Below, one piece after another: positions 15,564-29,357 of a stretch of 64,000 bases of DNA (its first letter is position 1; each line of letters starts with the position of its first letter). The DNA comes from the human T2T-CHM13v2.0 reference genome, Homo sapiens. The stretch lies in NCBI RefSeq assembly GCF_009914755.1, contig NC_060942.1; one strand, 5' to 3'. The translations under genes were made by a program, and so were the position numbers. The notes below the pieces were generated by a model that was given only the letters and a program-made list of their open reading frames with translations, was not told the DNA's origin and did not search any database.

Positions 15564-18105
15564 CTGTTGACCCTTGAACTGTGTAGGTCTACTTATATGT
15601 GGATTTTTTTCAGTAAATATATTTGAAATTTTTTTTGAGATTTGGAACAATTTGGAAAAACTCATAGATGAACTGCGTAGCCTAGAAATAGTGAAAATAG
15701 GAAAAAATTAAATACATTATAAGTGCATAAAAGATACCTACATACTAGTCTGTTCTATCACTTACTACCATAAAATATACACAAATCTGTTCTAAAAAGT
15801 TAAAACATATGCATACAGACATAGGCTATACATAGCACCATTCAGAATCAGGAGAAATGTAAACAAACATAAAGATGCAGTATTAAATCATAGCTGCATA
15901 AAATTTACTGTAGTACATATTATACTCCTGTAATAATTGCATAGCTACCTCCTGTTACCATTGTGGTGAGCTCAAATATTGGGACTATCTGCTTAAAACA
16001 CCATGTGACTGACACAAATCATCTCCACATAAGCAGTTCGTCTCTCCAGTAAGTTGCATGCCACAGTGAAATGTGTGATTCTTGCATATTTTTCATCGTG
16101 TTTAGTAGAATACTGTAAGCCTTGAATAATACCAGGGGACCCATTTTAAGTGCTCCTAGTGATACTAGAAGTGCTCCTAAGAAACAGAAGAGTTACGACA
16201 TTAAAAGAAAAAATTGAATTGCTTGATAATGTACTATAAATTGAGGTCTGCAGCTGTGGTTACCTGCCATTTGAAGATGAACGAATCCAGCATAAGGACC
16301 AGTGGAAAAAAGGAAAGGAAATTTGTGAAGCCATTGATGGAGCTATGCTAGTGGGTTTGAAAACGTTGCACTTTTTTGTAAAACATTCTTTTATCTCATG
16401 CAGCTTTTATGCGAATGCAAGATTGCTATAAAAAAGGCGTACCTATAGATTAGATTGAAGAAAACATGAAGTCATTATACAACAATTTTAAGGAAGATCA
16501 GGGATCTAAAGCTGGGGAATTTAACGCCAGCAAAGGATGGTTTAATAATTTTAGAACAAGGTTTCGTTTAAAAAAATGTCAAGATAACAGGAGAAGTGGC
16601 TTCAGTCCACTGATAGGCAGCAAATAAATTCCCAGATACCATTAAGAAAATCAGTGAGGAAAAAAGAAAATCTGCCTGAACAGTTTTTTAATGTGGACAA
16701 AAGTACCCTATTCTGGGAAAAAGAAAAATCCACAAAGGACATTTATTAGTAAGGAAGAGAAGCAAGCACCAAGATTTAGGGCAGGAAGGGATTAGCTAAC
16801 TCTCCTGTTTTATGTAAATACAGTTGGGTTTATGATCAGGACTGCCCCCTGAACCCTGAAGGGAAAAGGTAAACCCAGCTGCCAGTCTTTTGGTTGTATA
16901 ACAAGAAGGCCTGGACAATGAGAACTCTTTTCTGGATTGATGTCATCAATTTCTTCCTGAAGTCAGGAAGTACTTTGCCAGGAAGGAGGCTGTCTTTTAG
17001 TGTCCTCTGGCCTCCCAGAACCAATTGATTTCGACACCAAAGGCATTAAAGTGGTGTACAAACATGGTGTTTCTAAACCAGCCTCTAATTAGAGGGTCAT
17101 AAGGAACTTTAAAGCTCATTACACACGGTACTCCAGGGAAAGGATTGTCAACGCTGTAGAAGAGAACTCCGATAGAATGTCATGAAAGTCTGGAAGGATT
17201 ACACCATTGAAGATGCTGTCATTGTTAAAGAAAAAGCTGTGAAAGCTCTCTCCTCCTGGAGAAAACTGTGTCCAGATGTTGTACATGACGTCACAGGATT
17301 TACCACAGAACCAGTCAAGGAAATCATGAAAGAGATTGTGGATATGTCAAAAAAGGTAGCGGGTGAAAAGTTTCAAAATATGGATCTTGGAGAAATTGAG
17401 GAGCTAGTAGATACCACATCAGAGGTATTAATAGGTGACTTGATGGAGTTGAATGCTTCCAAAACAGTTTCAAGTGATGAGGAAGAAGACAGAAGAAGCC
17501 ATGCCAGAAAACAGATTGACCTTAGAGGGTTCCAATAATTTAAGGCTGCTTTTACTTTTTTTTTTTTTTTTTTAAACACCAATCCTTGTATGATCCAGGC
17601 ACTGAAACTAAAGCAAACAGTGGAAGAAGGAGGGTGGCACTGTATTAAAACATTTTTAGAGAAATGAAAAAGCAAAAAAGTGAGACACAAATTTACAATG
17701 TATTTTTGTGAAGTTACACCAAATATGCCTGCCTCTCCCACCTTTACTTTTACCTCTTCTCCCTCTGCCACCTCTGAGACAGCAAGACCAACCCCTTCTC
17801 CCTTCTCTTCAGCCTACTCACCGTGAAGATGATGATGACCTTTTTGATGATCCACTTCTACTTAATGAATAATAGATTTTTCTTACGATTTTGTTAAATA
17901 ACAATTTTTCTCTAGCTTTATTGTAAGAGTACAGTATATAATACATACACAAAGTATGTGTTAGTCAAACTGTTCATGTTACTGGTAAGGCTTCCAGTTA
18001 ACAGTAGGCTATTAGTAAAGTTTTGGGGAGTCAAAAGTTATATGTGGATTTTTGACTGCATGGGGGTTAACACCCCTAACCTTCACCTTGTTCAAGGGTC
18101 AACTG
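15564..18105 (+). mobile_element. Tigger2 (TcMar-Tigger/pogo) DNA transposon, near full length, transposase decayed
   Basis: TIRs CTGTTGACCCTTGAAC (15564-15579) and GTTCAAGGGTCAACTG (18090-18105), both flanked by TA; transposase remnants FNASKGWFNNF (~16519), FFNVDKSTLFW (~16684) and ORF 17182..17538. Confidence 0.9.
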
Positions 18106-18279
18106 TAATATTATCTTGAATGAACCTTCAGTAAATTGATATTGTTCTTATTTATTTTTAGTAGCTTCTTCATCACTCCTTTTTTTTTGCACGATGTGCA
18201 GTTTTAGAATTTATATGTCACACATTGGTATGTATATGAAAAGCATATATTTTGAAGTAGCGCAAGTGAATCATGTTAA

Positions 18280-18465
<186 letters not shown>

Positions 18466-18809
18466 TAATACACATTTGCAAAATATAAATTCAACCCAAA
18501 GTAATTTCATTCACTTCTTAGTCATATGATCTGTGTCATATTCCACTCATTGCTTGAACAACTCATCTATATTTTGTTTTCCCTTTTTTCTACTAAGTAT
18601 TAGTTCATAGTCAGATTTAGCATTTTCTTTTCATAAAACCCTTTTAATTTGACAGTTGATTAAATAATTTGGCAAAATTTTTATTTCAAGGCATTCTTTA
18701 TAAGACAATTGGATGTGTTAAAGCAGTCTTTATATATAGTAAAAATTGTACAGTGTTGAATTGCCTATCTTTTGAAAGGCATTTTACTTTAGTTGAGACA
18801 AAAATAGAA

Positions 18810-18960
18810 TTTGGAGTAAAGATAGATACAAGTGCAGTTCTGGCCTGGCCAGTTTACTAGCTGTGTAATCTTGAACAGGTTACTTCCCTCCTCGGAACCT
18901 CCGTTTCCTCATCTTTAAATTATATGATAAATAATACCTATCTAAAATTGATATTTCAAA
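18810..18960 (+). mobile_element. MIR fragment
   Basis: Core tttactagctgtgtaatcttgaacaggttacttccctcctcggaacctccgtttcctcatct. Confidence 0.75.
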
Positions 18961-20184
18961 GGAAAAAAAGACACTACATGTAAATGCACATTGAAATTTA
19001 AGATGGTCTAGAAATATCAGGGGTAAAAGATTAAAAAGCTGCCTTTGTGGGTGCAGTCAAATACACCTAAAATTCAGAACTTAAAAATGCTATTTTTCTC
19101 AATTACATTTCTATAAGGCATTTTTCCATGTTTCTCAGCAAAGAAGTCTTATTTTGAATGAAGAAAAATGTAGCCTATAATTTTTTAAAACTGATTCTTG
19201 CCTACCAGTGGTCTACTCTTTTCTCTGTGCTCCTTTGGCAATTTGTACAAACCTATATCATAGCATTTTACTACCTTATTTTTTACTGATATTCTTGTCT
19301 AGTGTCATGTTTCCTGCACTAGACTGCAAGTACTACCATGCATACTGGCATTTTATGTTGTTTTCTGTTATTTACTCTGGAACTGCTTGTCACCTAGAAA
19401 TGTTCAGTATATCCATCATGGATGCACTTGTAGATAGATGGATAGGTAGATGAATGGATAACTGACTGAGGATAGGCAGAATGACAAAAACTTAATCCAT
19501 CAGGCCTGACAACATGTAGGGTACATTGCCCTTTCCTTTGAATTTATCGGAAACTGACTTACTTTCTGGCTTTGATATTTTAAATAGTGCCCTTTTAAAA
19601 AATATTATTGATAGTTTACCAAGAATGAATGATTTTCCTTTGAATATGATAATAAAGGTTTCCCGATTTCTAAGTGTAATTTTAAAGAATTATGCCTGTG
19701 ACTAAGACATGGTTTCTGTGAACACAAGTTTCTAAATATGCACATAGCTGCAGAATATTTCCAGAAGCTGACCTTTTGAGCTCATGTACTTACAAGGACT
19801 CACACTATTTCCAGTCTCTTCCCAGAGGGAGGGACCTTTGCTTTTCCTCCTACCAACATGCCTAGGATAGTAGGAGTCACCATTGAAGAGCTATTGAGAG
19901 CTATTTTCTCCTTGTTCCTTTTACTTGTGCGTTAGGAGGAAGAATGAGAGCCACCAAAAATTCATTTCTGTATATCCCTAATGTGTATTCTGAGCCACTC
20001 CCAAATAATTAGATTTCTTTCTTTCAGTAATAGTCATGACAACTTCAGCCATCCATAAAGCATTTTTTTAAGATGGGAAAAGCAGAAATATAACGGTTCT
20101 GTAGCCAGGTCTAAATTATTATAGAGAGGATTAACATAGCTTACTAAGAACCTAATTTTTGACTTGTTTGTAAATGTATAGTAA

Positions 20185-20505
<321 letters not shown>

Positions 20506-21044
20506 ATAATACACATTTTAATACTAGCCTTATTTCTAGTTCTATTTTAGATACGTATCATCTTTTGTCATCATTTTTACCTACTTCTAATTTATTGACT
20601 GTTATGTTTTAAGCAACTTTAAGAACAATTATTTGCATTTGAGGATGAGCTGTAAAATCTTGATTATTTGATTTAGGGTGTTTGTAATATGTGAATGAAC
20701 CAGCTGTACCTGATTCTGTATAGTCATGTAATAAGTATTTATTGATGTATTCCTGATGGGGATAGAAAGCTTTCAGCAATATCAAAATTCTTTATTCTGT
20801 TTTCTCATTCTAGGGCTCTAGTCTAAGGAAATAAGCCTAAAATTGGAAAAATTTCAGCTCATAAAGATATCCACTACAGTATTATTTATAATGACTAGAA
20901 GATTTTTATTTCAGTTACTTTCTCAAATCCCTAAAATGACAGTAAGGGGCAGTTTCAAAGGATAGACCCACAAGGGCAAAGAACAGAAGAAACAAATATT
21001 TTGAAAGATAGAAATTGGAGAAATGAGCAGTTACTGATGTAGAA

Positions 21045-21237
21045 CAGGGTTTGACAATTTTTTTCAATAAAGGGCCAAATAGTAAATATTTTAGGCTTTG
21101 CAGGCCACATACTCCCTCCTTCACCTCCTCTTGCCTCCTCCCTCTCCTCTTCTCCTTCAACAGTCCTTTAAAAATATAAAAACTATTCTTAGCTGGCAGA
21201 CCAGATTGGCCCGTAGGTCATAATTTGCCCACCTCTG
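21045..21237. mobile_element. MER58-like hAT-Charlie DNA transposon
   Basis: aaagggccaaatagtaaatattttaggctttgcaggcca...tttgcccacctctg is typical of MER58. Confidence 0.75.
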
Positions 21238-23293
21238 ATTTAAAAGAGACAAGAAAATTGAAACCAGAGCCATACAACACAGAATCCTAGAAAGAAAAGA
21301 AAAAAAAAAAAAAGCTTAGGAATCGATAGTACCAATGACCTCTGGAAGTGCTTCTTAAGATATGGAAACGACTATTAGATCAAAGGTTTTTTAGCTCTCA
21401 CATCCTCTCCCCAGTCTTACACAGCCCAGTAATTGCTCCTCTCTCACCCTGGGTAGATGACTGGAATATGGAGATAAGTATCAGGGACAACTGTTCTTCA
21501 CCAGCAGACTTGGAAACCTAGTTGATCTTTTAAAATCGTAAGCATGTGTAATTTGATAAAAATTAAACAGTTAATAGTTGGTATCATGAGTAAGTTGTTT
21601 TCTTTATACATTATTACATTTCAGATTTTCTGCAGTAATCTAGAAAAGTTTTTTTCTTTATTCATTGTGAATCATTCTTAAATAATTTGTTACAAATTTC
21701 TAATTTCAGCATCTTGTTTTAAATTGTTCCTTTGATGGTAAATGCAGTTAATATTCATCTGTTTCATGTTATTCATTTAAGTATTTTTTAAGGTGTGATA
21801 TGTTTTCTAAGTACCAGAAAACACCATAGTTATGTCCTCGAAATACAGAGATGAATAGAGACTTGATTTTATATGAAGCTTATAGTCCAAGGGGGGAAAT
21901 GTGTTAATGAATGTGGTATAGGCTTATGTATGATAGAACACACCAGTGTTAATGGAAATGCACAAAATATCAAAACAAGAAGAGATGGTAAGGAGGCAGA
22001 ATCAATAACACCTGGCTGCCTCTTTGATGTGTGTGAGTGAAAAAGAATTAACGATGACTCCCAAATTCTGGCTTCAAGGCTTCAGTGACTGGGAAAATTT
22101 TGGTGCCAGTTACTGAGAATGGAAATAGATAAAAGATAATAGTACAGGTTTAGTGAACTCCATTTGGGTCCTGTTGGTTTTATGCTTTTGTATTAAAATA
22201 CACATAGAATCAGTTGGATGTGTCCAGTGAGTATTTGAATGTTTGGGTTTGGAGCTCAAAAGGGCTGAGAGAGAAAGCAGACAAGAGAATGAATGGATGG
22301 ATCGCATAATTGTCATCACATTCAGAGTGGATAAGTTCTCCAAAGAGATGATATATATTAGAACATGAGAGAGTATATCAAGGACAGAGTCATAGGGAAA
22401 CCATCATTGGTTTAGATCTTTTCAGGTCTTAAAAGGGCCATTCCATAAGATTGATGGTAGCAGAGTTGTAGGTGAAAGAGTGAAGGGCCAATAAGTAACA
22501 GCTGCAAGGGCAGATGTCTTTTCAGGAGATGGACAGTGAAGAAGAAAGGTTAGCTAGGGTAGGACGATATAGGTTTCAGCAAAGTTTCCTTGTTTTGTCC
22601 GTGTTTCATTTCTTTAATACCATTATTTTTTTAAGGTGCAAGAAATATGAACTGTGGAAAGATTGGCTTCTAAAAAGGAGCCAACCAAAAAGAGGTTAAA
22701 ACTATGAAAGGAAGAGGATATGAAGAAAAAACAAGTAATAACTAACAGAGCAGAACCTGGTTATGTGGAACTTGAAGCTTACGTAATTCGTTAGAGAAGG
22801 AGAGAAGGCCTTTCAAAGTGATGACTACAACATTAGATACAGCATCCTTCTGTAAAGGACCCATGAAAGTGAAGGGTCTTGAAGTTTAAGCTTTGGAGTT
22901 AATGATACTTAAAATTCCTGGGCTATGGGAAATGGAGTAAGATTAAGAGCATTGACAGTGATATTAGCCTAAAGCAGAAGGGAAATACTTCTTTGAAACT
23001 TTTTCTAAGACACACATTTCAAGAGGCCAGGGAACTTGTTATTCTTGTTCATGGGTTTATTAGCAGAACTCGGAAGTGTAGATATTATAGGTTCTCAATA
23101 AATATTTGACTTTATGATGGAACAGGATGAAAAAATGATGAGATTAATTGCTAAAATAACCCAGTTTAAATTTTAAGGAGGAAATTTTTTTGTAGTAGTT
23201 GAGGTTATCAGATAGGGGAGTGTCAGTGAAAATGGATCTTGAAGAGAATAACGATTTAGAGTAGATGGTGAGGAATGGATGCAGAGTAAATGA

Positions 23294-23575
<282 letters not shown>

Positions 23576-24677
23576 TGACATGATATTTGATAGAACATTC
23601 TGGATTCATTTGTAATATACAAAATGTTTGAATACTTTAGAATAATGCTGGCTAGCTAGAATAATGCTTAGCTAACTAGCTAAGAATGATGAAGTTAGTA
23701 ACCTAGGTGTTTGCTACATATACCCTGTGTGAATGAAGTCATAATGCCATTGCCCCATTTCTGTTTTCTATAAATTGCTGAACTATTCATTATTACTTTT
23801 AAGCCTGCTGCAGAACCTCTCCCCATGCAGAGCTACCACCACTGCTACTCTGACTTCTTTTCATTCTATTATAAATTACAGAGCTACTAACCAAACACTT
23901 CATGTCTTTTTCCGGTGTCCTGGTGTTAACGAGTCATCTCTGTGATTTTACTTTTGTGATTTAGATGGTTGAATTCTGATCATTGTTGCAGGGAAGGACA
24001 ATTTCTTTCTTTTTTTTTTTTTTAAACACAATTTTTTTTTAAAGATAACAAAAAAACATTTACTGTGTTGAAGAAAGTCGTCTTTATATAAAAGGGGTTT
24101 ACCATATTTCAGGCAAAATTCAGTGAAAAAGAGTTTCATCAGTTTTACAAATGGCTGTTTCCTCGTAAAATCTTAAAGAATTCCTATAAGCAATTAGGTA
24201 ATGCTACTTTTATATTACACATGAGGGAATAAAAACCATACTTCACTCATTTAATGTCAGCCATTGCCAGAAGGCAATGGATCATTTATAGTTTTGAGGC
24301 AGAAAGTTCTACCCTTTATTTTCATGTAATATAGTTAAATTATATTTCACATGGAAAGGCAATTGAAAGAACACACCTTCTGAATATAACATTTTACTTG
24401 TTGAACAAAAATTGTAAATATACTCCAACTGATTAAGAGATGCTGCCAAATTATAAACAAAAGAAAATGAAGTCATGGAATAAAAACTTTTGGCAGTGAG
24501 CACTGATTACAGACAAGATGATTAAATAACTGTGGTAAATATTGTCAAATTGAATGTAAATATCAGATCATACTTGAAAAGGGAAAAATGAAAAAATTTA
24601 ATTATCTGAAATTTAAATACAAAATTAAAACCAACAACAACATTTGAGAGGTGATAATAAAAGTATAGTAAACTCAG

Positions 24678-25021
24678 GGTTGGGCGTGGTGGCTCACACC
24701 TGTAATCCCAGCGCTTTGGGAGGCCAATGTGGGCCAGATCACTTGAGGCCGAGAGTTCAAGACCAGCCTGGCCAACATGGTGAAACCCCACCTCTCTCTC
24801 TTTTTTTTTTTTGAGGTGGAGTCTCGCTCTGTCGCCCTGGCTGGAGTGCAGTGGCGTGATCTCGGCTCACTGCAAGCTCCGCCTCCCGGGTTCATGCCAT
24901 TCTCCTGCCTCAGCCTCCCCCGAGTAGCTGGGACTACAGGCGCATGCCACCATGCCGGCTAATATTGTTTTTTACCCCGTCTCTATGAAAAATACAAAAA
25001 AAAACCCAAAACCAAAAAAAA
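24678..25021. mobile_element. Nested Alu: + strand left monomer interrupted by a - strand AluY-like right monomer (about 24801-24965)
   Basis: Left arm runs to gaaaccccacctct, then poly-T and a reverse right arm with AluY-type tgcaagctcc and ttcatgccattc, then the left arm resumes accccgtctcta...aaaatacaaaaa. Confidence 0.88.
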
Positions 25022-26495
25022 TGCTTTTGAAGACAAAGTAAGAATTTCAGTATTGACGTTAGACAAAGAATTGAAGTCAGGAAATAGTGCATGACAAAAG
25101 ATAATTTTGTGGTAATAAAAGCATATGAACAAAGCAAAGATAAAAGTGTATTGCCTTCTTAATTAAATGTAGCTTTTGTTGTGGGGAAAAAAAATAAGAA
25201 AAGTATACTGCCTTAAACACTAGATAACACTGTCAAAATATATAAAGCAAAAGTTGTTAGAAATACAAGATAAAATTAACCAGAAACAGAATACTGAATA
25301 CTAGTTGGAAACTTTAAGTTTTTTCAGCACATGCAGTTTCTTATTAAGTAGAAAGTCTCAGTTGTAGACATTGTATACGTAACCATTAGTACTTACGTGA
25401 CGAGACCAGAGTTGTTCTGTGTTCAGTAAAAGTTCATAGTTATCTTCATTAAACTAGGTAAGAATGAAAATAAGTGAACTTAAGAAATCAAGAAGAGAAA
25501 GTAAAAGCAGATCCACAGAGAAAAGCAAGATAATAATGACTGGAAAGCACGTTTTCTAAGTATTATATAAAGAAACAAATGTCCTAATATTTCTAGACAA
25601 TATAGCAGAATGAAACCAGGAGTTGCTTTTCTGACAAGATTAACTAGAACATCTAGCAAATCTAATTAAGGAAAAGTGAGTGGAAATCCATAAACATCAC
25701 TGATGAGTAAGAAAATGGATAGAACCACAAAAGTTATAAAATTTTTTTCAGACTTTAACAGAATACTGTATATAGATCTTACCAAAAAAAAATTAAAAAT
25801 GATAAACACAGAGCAGACAGAAACACAGACTGAAAGAGGGATATGAAAGGAGAAAGATTGGAAGACAGAGAGAGGGGTAGGTGCAGGCACACTCAGGTTG
25901 CCATACTGTTAAAATGGTCTAATGGTATAAAAGTAGAAACAGCTGCGGCTTTTTTTTTTAAGCCAGCAAAATCTTGATACTTTGAGAAGGGAAGACTATA
26001 ACTAGAAAACTGCAGAACAGTCTTCAGTTTAACACAGTAATTAACATACAGAAGTGCTTGAATAAAAACTGCCCGATAAAATTGGTAAACATTTTTAAAA
26101 TAATAGTATTTGGATGTTGGTGAGCTTGGAGTGAAGCTGGCACCATACACTGTTGTTGAGAGTGCTTTCTGGAAAACAATTTGTTAATAAGTGTGAAAAA
26201 TTAAAAAAGATATAACTAGAAGTGCTGCAGAGATATAACCAGAAGTGCTGACTATATATATGTGTGTAAAGCTGTTAACATATTAGTGCTTATAATACTG
26301 AAAATTTAGAATGACTTAAATGCCCCCAAAATGGGCAGAGAAATAATTTTTAAAGTTTATGTATCTTGTGTAGCCATTGTGTTTGTACATTTTTCTAATG
26401 ATATGGTTAAGTATCTTCTATATACGGTATATACCAAAAGATAAGATAATCTACATTTTCCTCCAGTAAGAATTAAAAAATTAAAAAGTCTTGTG

Positions 26496-26602
26496 GGCTG
26501 GGCATGGTGGCATGTGCCTGCAATTCCAGCTATTCCAGGAGCTGAACCCAGGAGTTTGAGACTAGCCTGGGCATTAGAGCAAGCTCCTGCCTCCAAAAAA
26601 AA
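26496..26602 (+). mobile_element. Short Alu monomer fragment (FLAM/FRAM-like)
   Basis: ggctgggcatggtggcatgtgcctg...ccaggagtttgagactagcctgggc plus A tail. Confidence 0.8.
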
Positions 26603-27329
26603 CACCTCTTCAGTAATTAAGAGAGACAACAGATGGAAATAAAGATTTTTAAAAAGACAAAAGAGCCAGACTATCTTTAAAAAAAAAAAAAAAAAAGTAT
26701 TCAAATATATACATTTGAGATAACATACGTATTAATGTAGAAATACTAATTTTTCCCCCTACTCTGTCCTGAAATGATTTTGTAAACACTGTTCTCTTAT
26801 TTTGACATCAATGTTTTCGTCATCACCAGAACCACCTTTTAGCCACTAATGATCTTCCATCTTAAATTCTCTGTCCACAACCTTAGATCCTCAATACTTT
26901 CGAAATCCAAATATGATTCCATAGGAAAATTTATCCCAAATTACCCACTTACAATTTGTGCTTTTTATAACATAACCACTTACAGTACTTTTTTAAAAAT
27001 CCCCATACATTATTATGAAAATATTCAAACATGTAGCAAAGCTCAAAGAATTGTATAATGAACATCCTGTACCCACTAACTACATTTAACAGCTGTTAAT
27101 CTTTTGCTCTGTTTCCTTTATTACACTATCACATATCTATCCATCAATCCATATTATTTTTTGATATGTTTTATAAGTTGAAGACATTCCTAAGTACTTA
27201 AGCATGCATTTCATTAGAGTTTAAATTTTTTTGCAATATTCATGGTTGTGATGTAATTCTTAAATATAATGTATATATGAGATATATGAGTTTTTGAAAT
27301 GCCTCCACCTGTATAATCCAACACCATCA

Positions 27330-27650
<321 letters not shown>

Positions 27651-29294
27651 TTTCCCATCACTCCTGAAAGTTCCTTGATGCCCCTTCCTAGTCAGTTCCT
27701 GCCCCTCCCACTGATCACTTTATACCCATCATGATAAACATGATTAGACAATAATGACTAATGGCTGATAAACTTGGGGGGGTGGATTTTTACTGAGAAG
27801 CAGGGTTTTTACATACCCTTTTCACATCAGAAAGGGTGGGTGGAGGAAAAACAAACCAGTGATTATATGGTAGAGAAATCCAGCAGCACCTAGACTGTGT
27901 GAACTCCATTTACATCATCAAAGGAAGGAGATATGGCCATATCTGCCTCCAGATGTGATACCTAAAAGGGATATAACATCACTTTTTTAGTATTACAGCT
28001 GAGAATGCATCATCATGAGAAATGCTCTTTTTTAAAAAAAATAAAGCCAGTTTTGTGTCATGAAAGATTAAGAAATGGGAATTTTCGTAAGAAACCAATA
28101 AAGGCAGTAGAAATATGCCAGATTATCCGCAGAGATGGTAATTAAAGGCAATACCTGCTCCTAGACTGGATCCTGTACTGGAGGGGAAAAATGATTATAA
28201 AGGACGTTATTAGATCATTTAACAAGGAAATGGACAGTAGATTGGTGTCATATCAGTGTAAATTTATGAAGTTGATTACTGTGGTGACAGAAGAGAATAT
28301 TCTTGTGTCTTAGGAAATACTAAAATATATATGGTTTAGGGCCATGATGCATTTAATTTACACTCATATACTTTAGAAAAAGATATGTAATATATATACA
28401 TATATATAGAAAGAGAACAAGTTATAAAGCAAGGAGGTAAAACATTAACTGGATAAATCTGGGTTACAGATATATAGTGTTCAGTATTTATTTCTCTAAC
28501 TTCTTGTGAGTGTGAAATTATTTCTGAATTAAATTATACAAATAACTAAAAGGAATGACTAAAATAGCAGTTATCATTCCCACCTTCCAGGTTATGATCT
28601 TAAAATGTTTTCTACAAAAAGAAAACCAAGATTTCATAGAAGAAGATGATTCCAGGTCTGGGGCAGGAAATGTTTGAGCTTGGAATATCTTAAAATTCCA
28701 GATTTCAGGGAAGCTATCAAAGACTAATATAAGATCTTACCGAAAGGTGTTAGGAGACAATTTGGAGCAGTTTTGTATTGACCAAAGATGGGACAATGTG
28801 AGCTTCAAGAACAGAATAAATTGCCGTGGTTTGAAATCCATCAAAGATGTTGAAACCCATGAGTTTATTATGATGATTTTCCCCTTTTTTCACTATATAA
28901 TCATTTGCATATTTATGAGGTACATGTGAGTTTGTTACATGCAAATAATGTGTAATGATCAAGTGAGGGTAATTGGGGTATCCATCACCTTAAGTGTTAT
29001 TTTTATATGTTGGTATCATTTCAAGTCATCTCTTCTAGTTACTTTGAAATATACATAATACTGTTGCTAAGTATAGTCACCTTAATCTGCTATCAAACAT
29101 TAGAACTTACTTCATCTAACCCTATGTTTGTATCCACATCCATTGCTTCCCCACTCTCCCCCACCAATCCCCTTCCCATTCTCTGGTATCTGTCATTCTA
29201 GTCTCTATGTCCATGAGATTTAAGTTTCTTAGCTTCCACATATGAGTGAGAGAACATGCTGTCTTTGTCTTTCTGTGCCTGACTTCACTAATTC

Positions 29295-29357
29295 CATCCA
29301 TGTTGCTGCAAATGACATCCATGTTGCTGCAAATGAAATCCATGTTGCTGCAAATGA
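29295..29357. repeat. Tandem triplication 3 x 21 bp (catccatgttgctgcaaatga)
   Basis: Units at 29295, 29316 and 29337; one mismatch in total. Confidence 0.95.

Noticed and set aside
29295-29357. Direct repeats superficially like a CRISPR array (also 60595-60663)
   Set aside because: Contiguous tandem units without unique spacers, in a primate intron.
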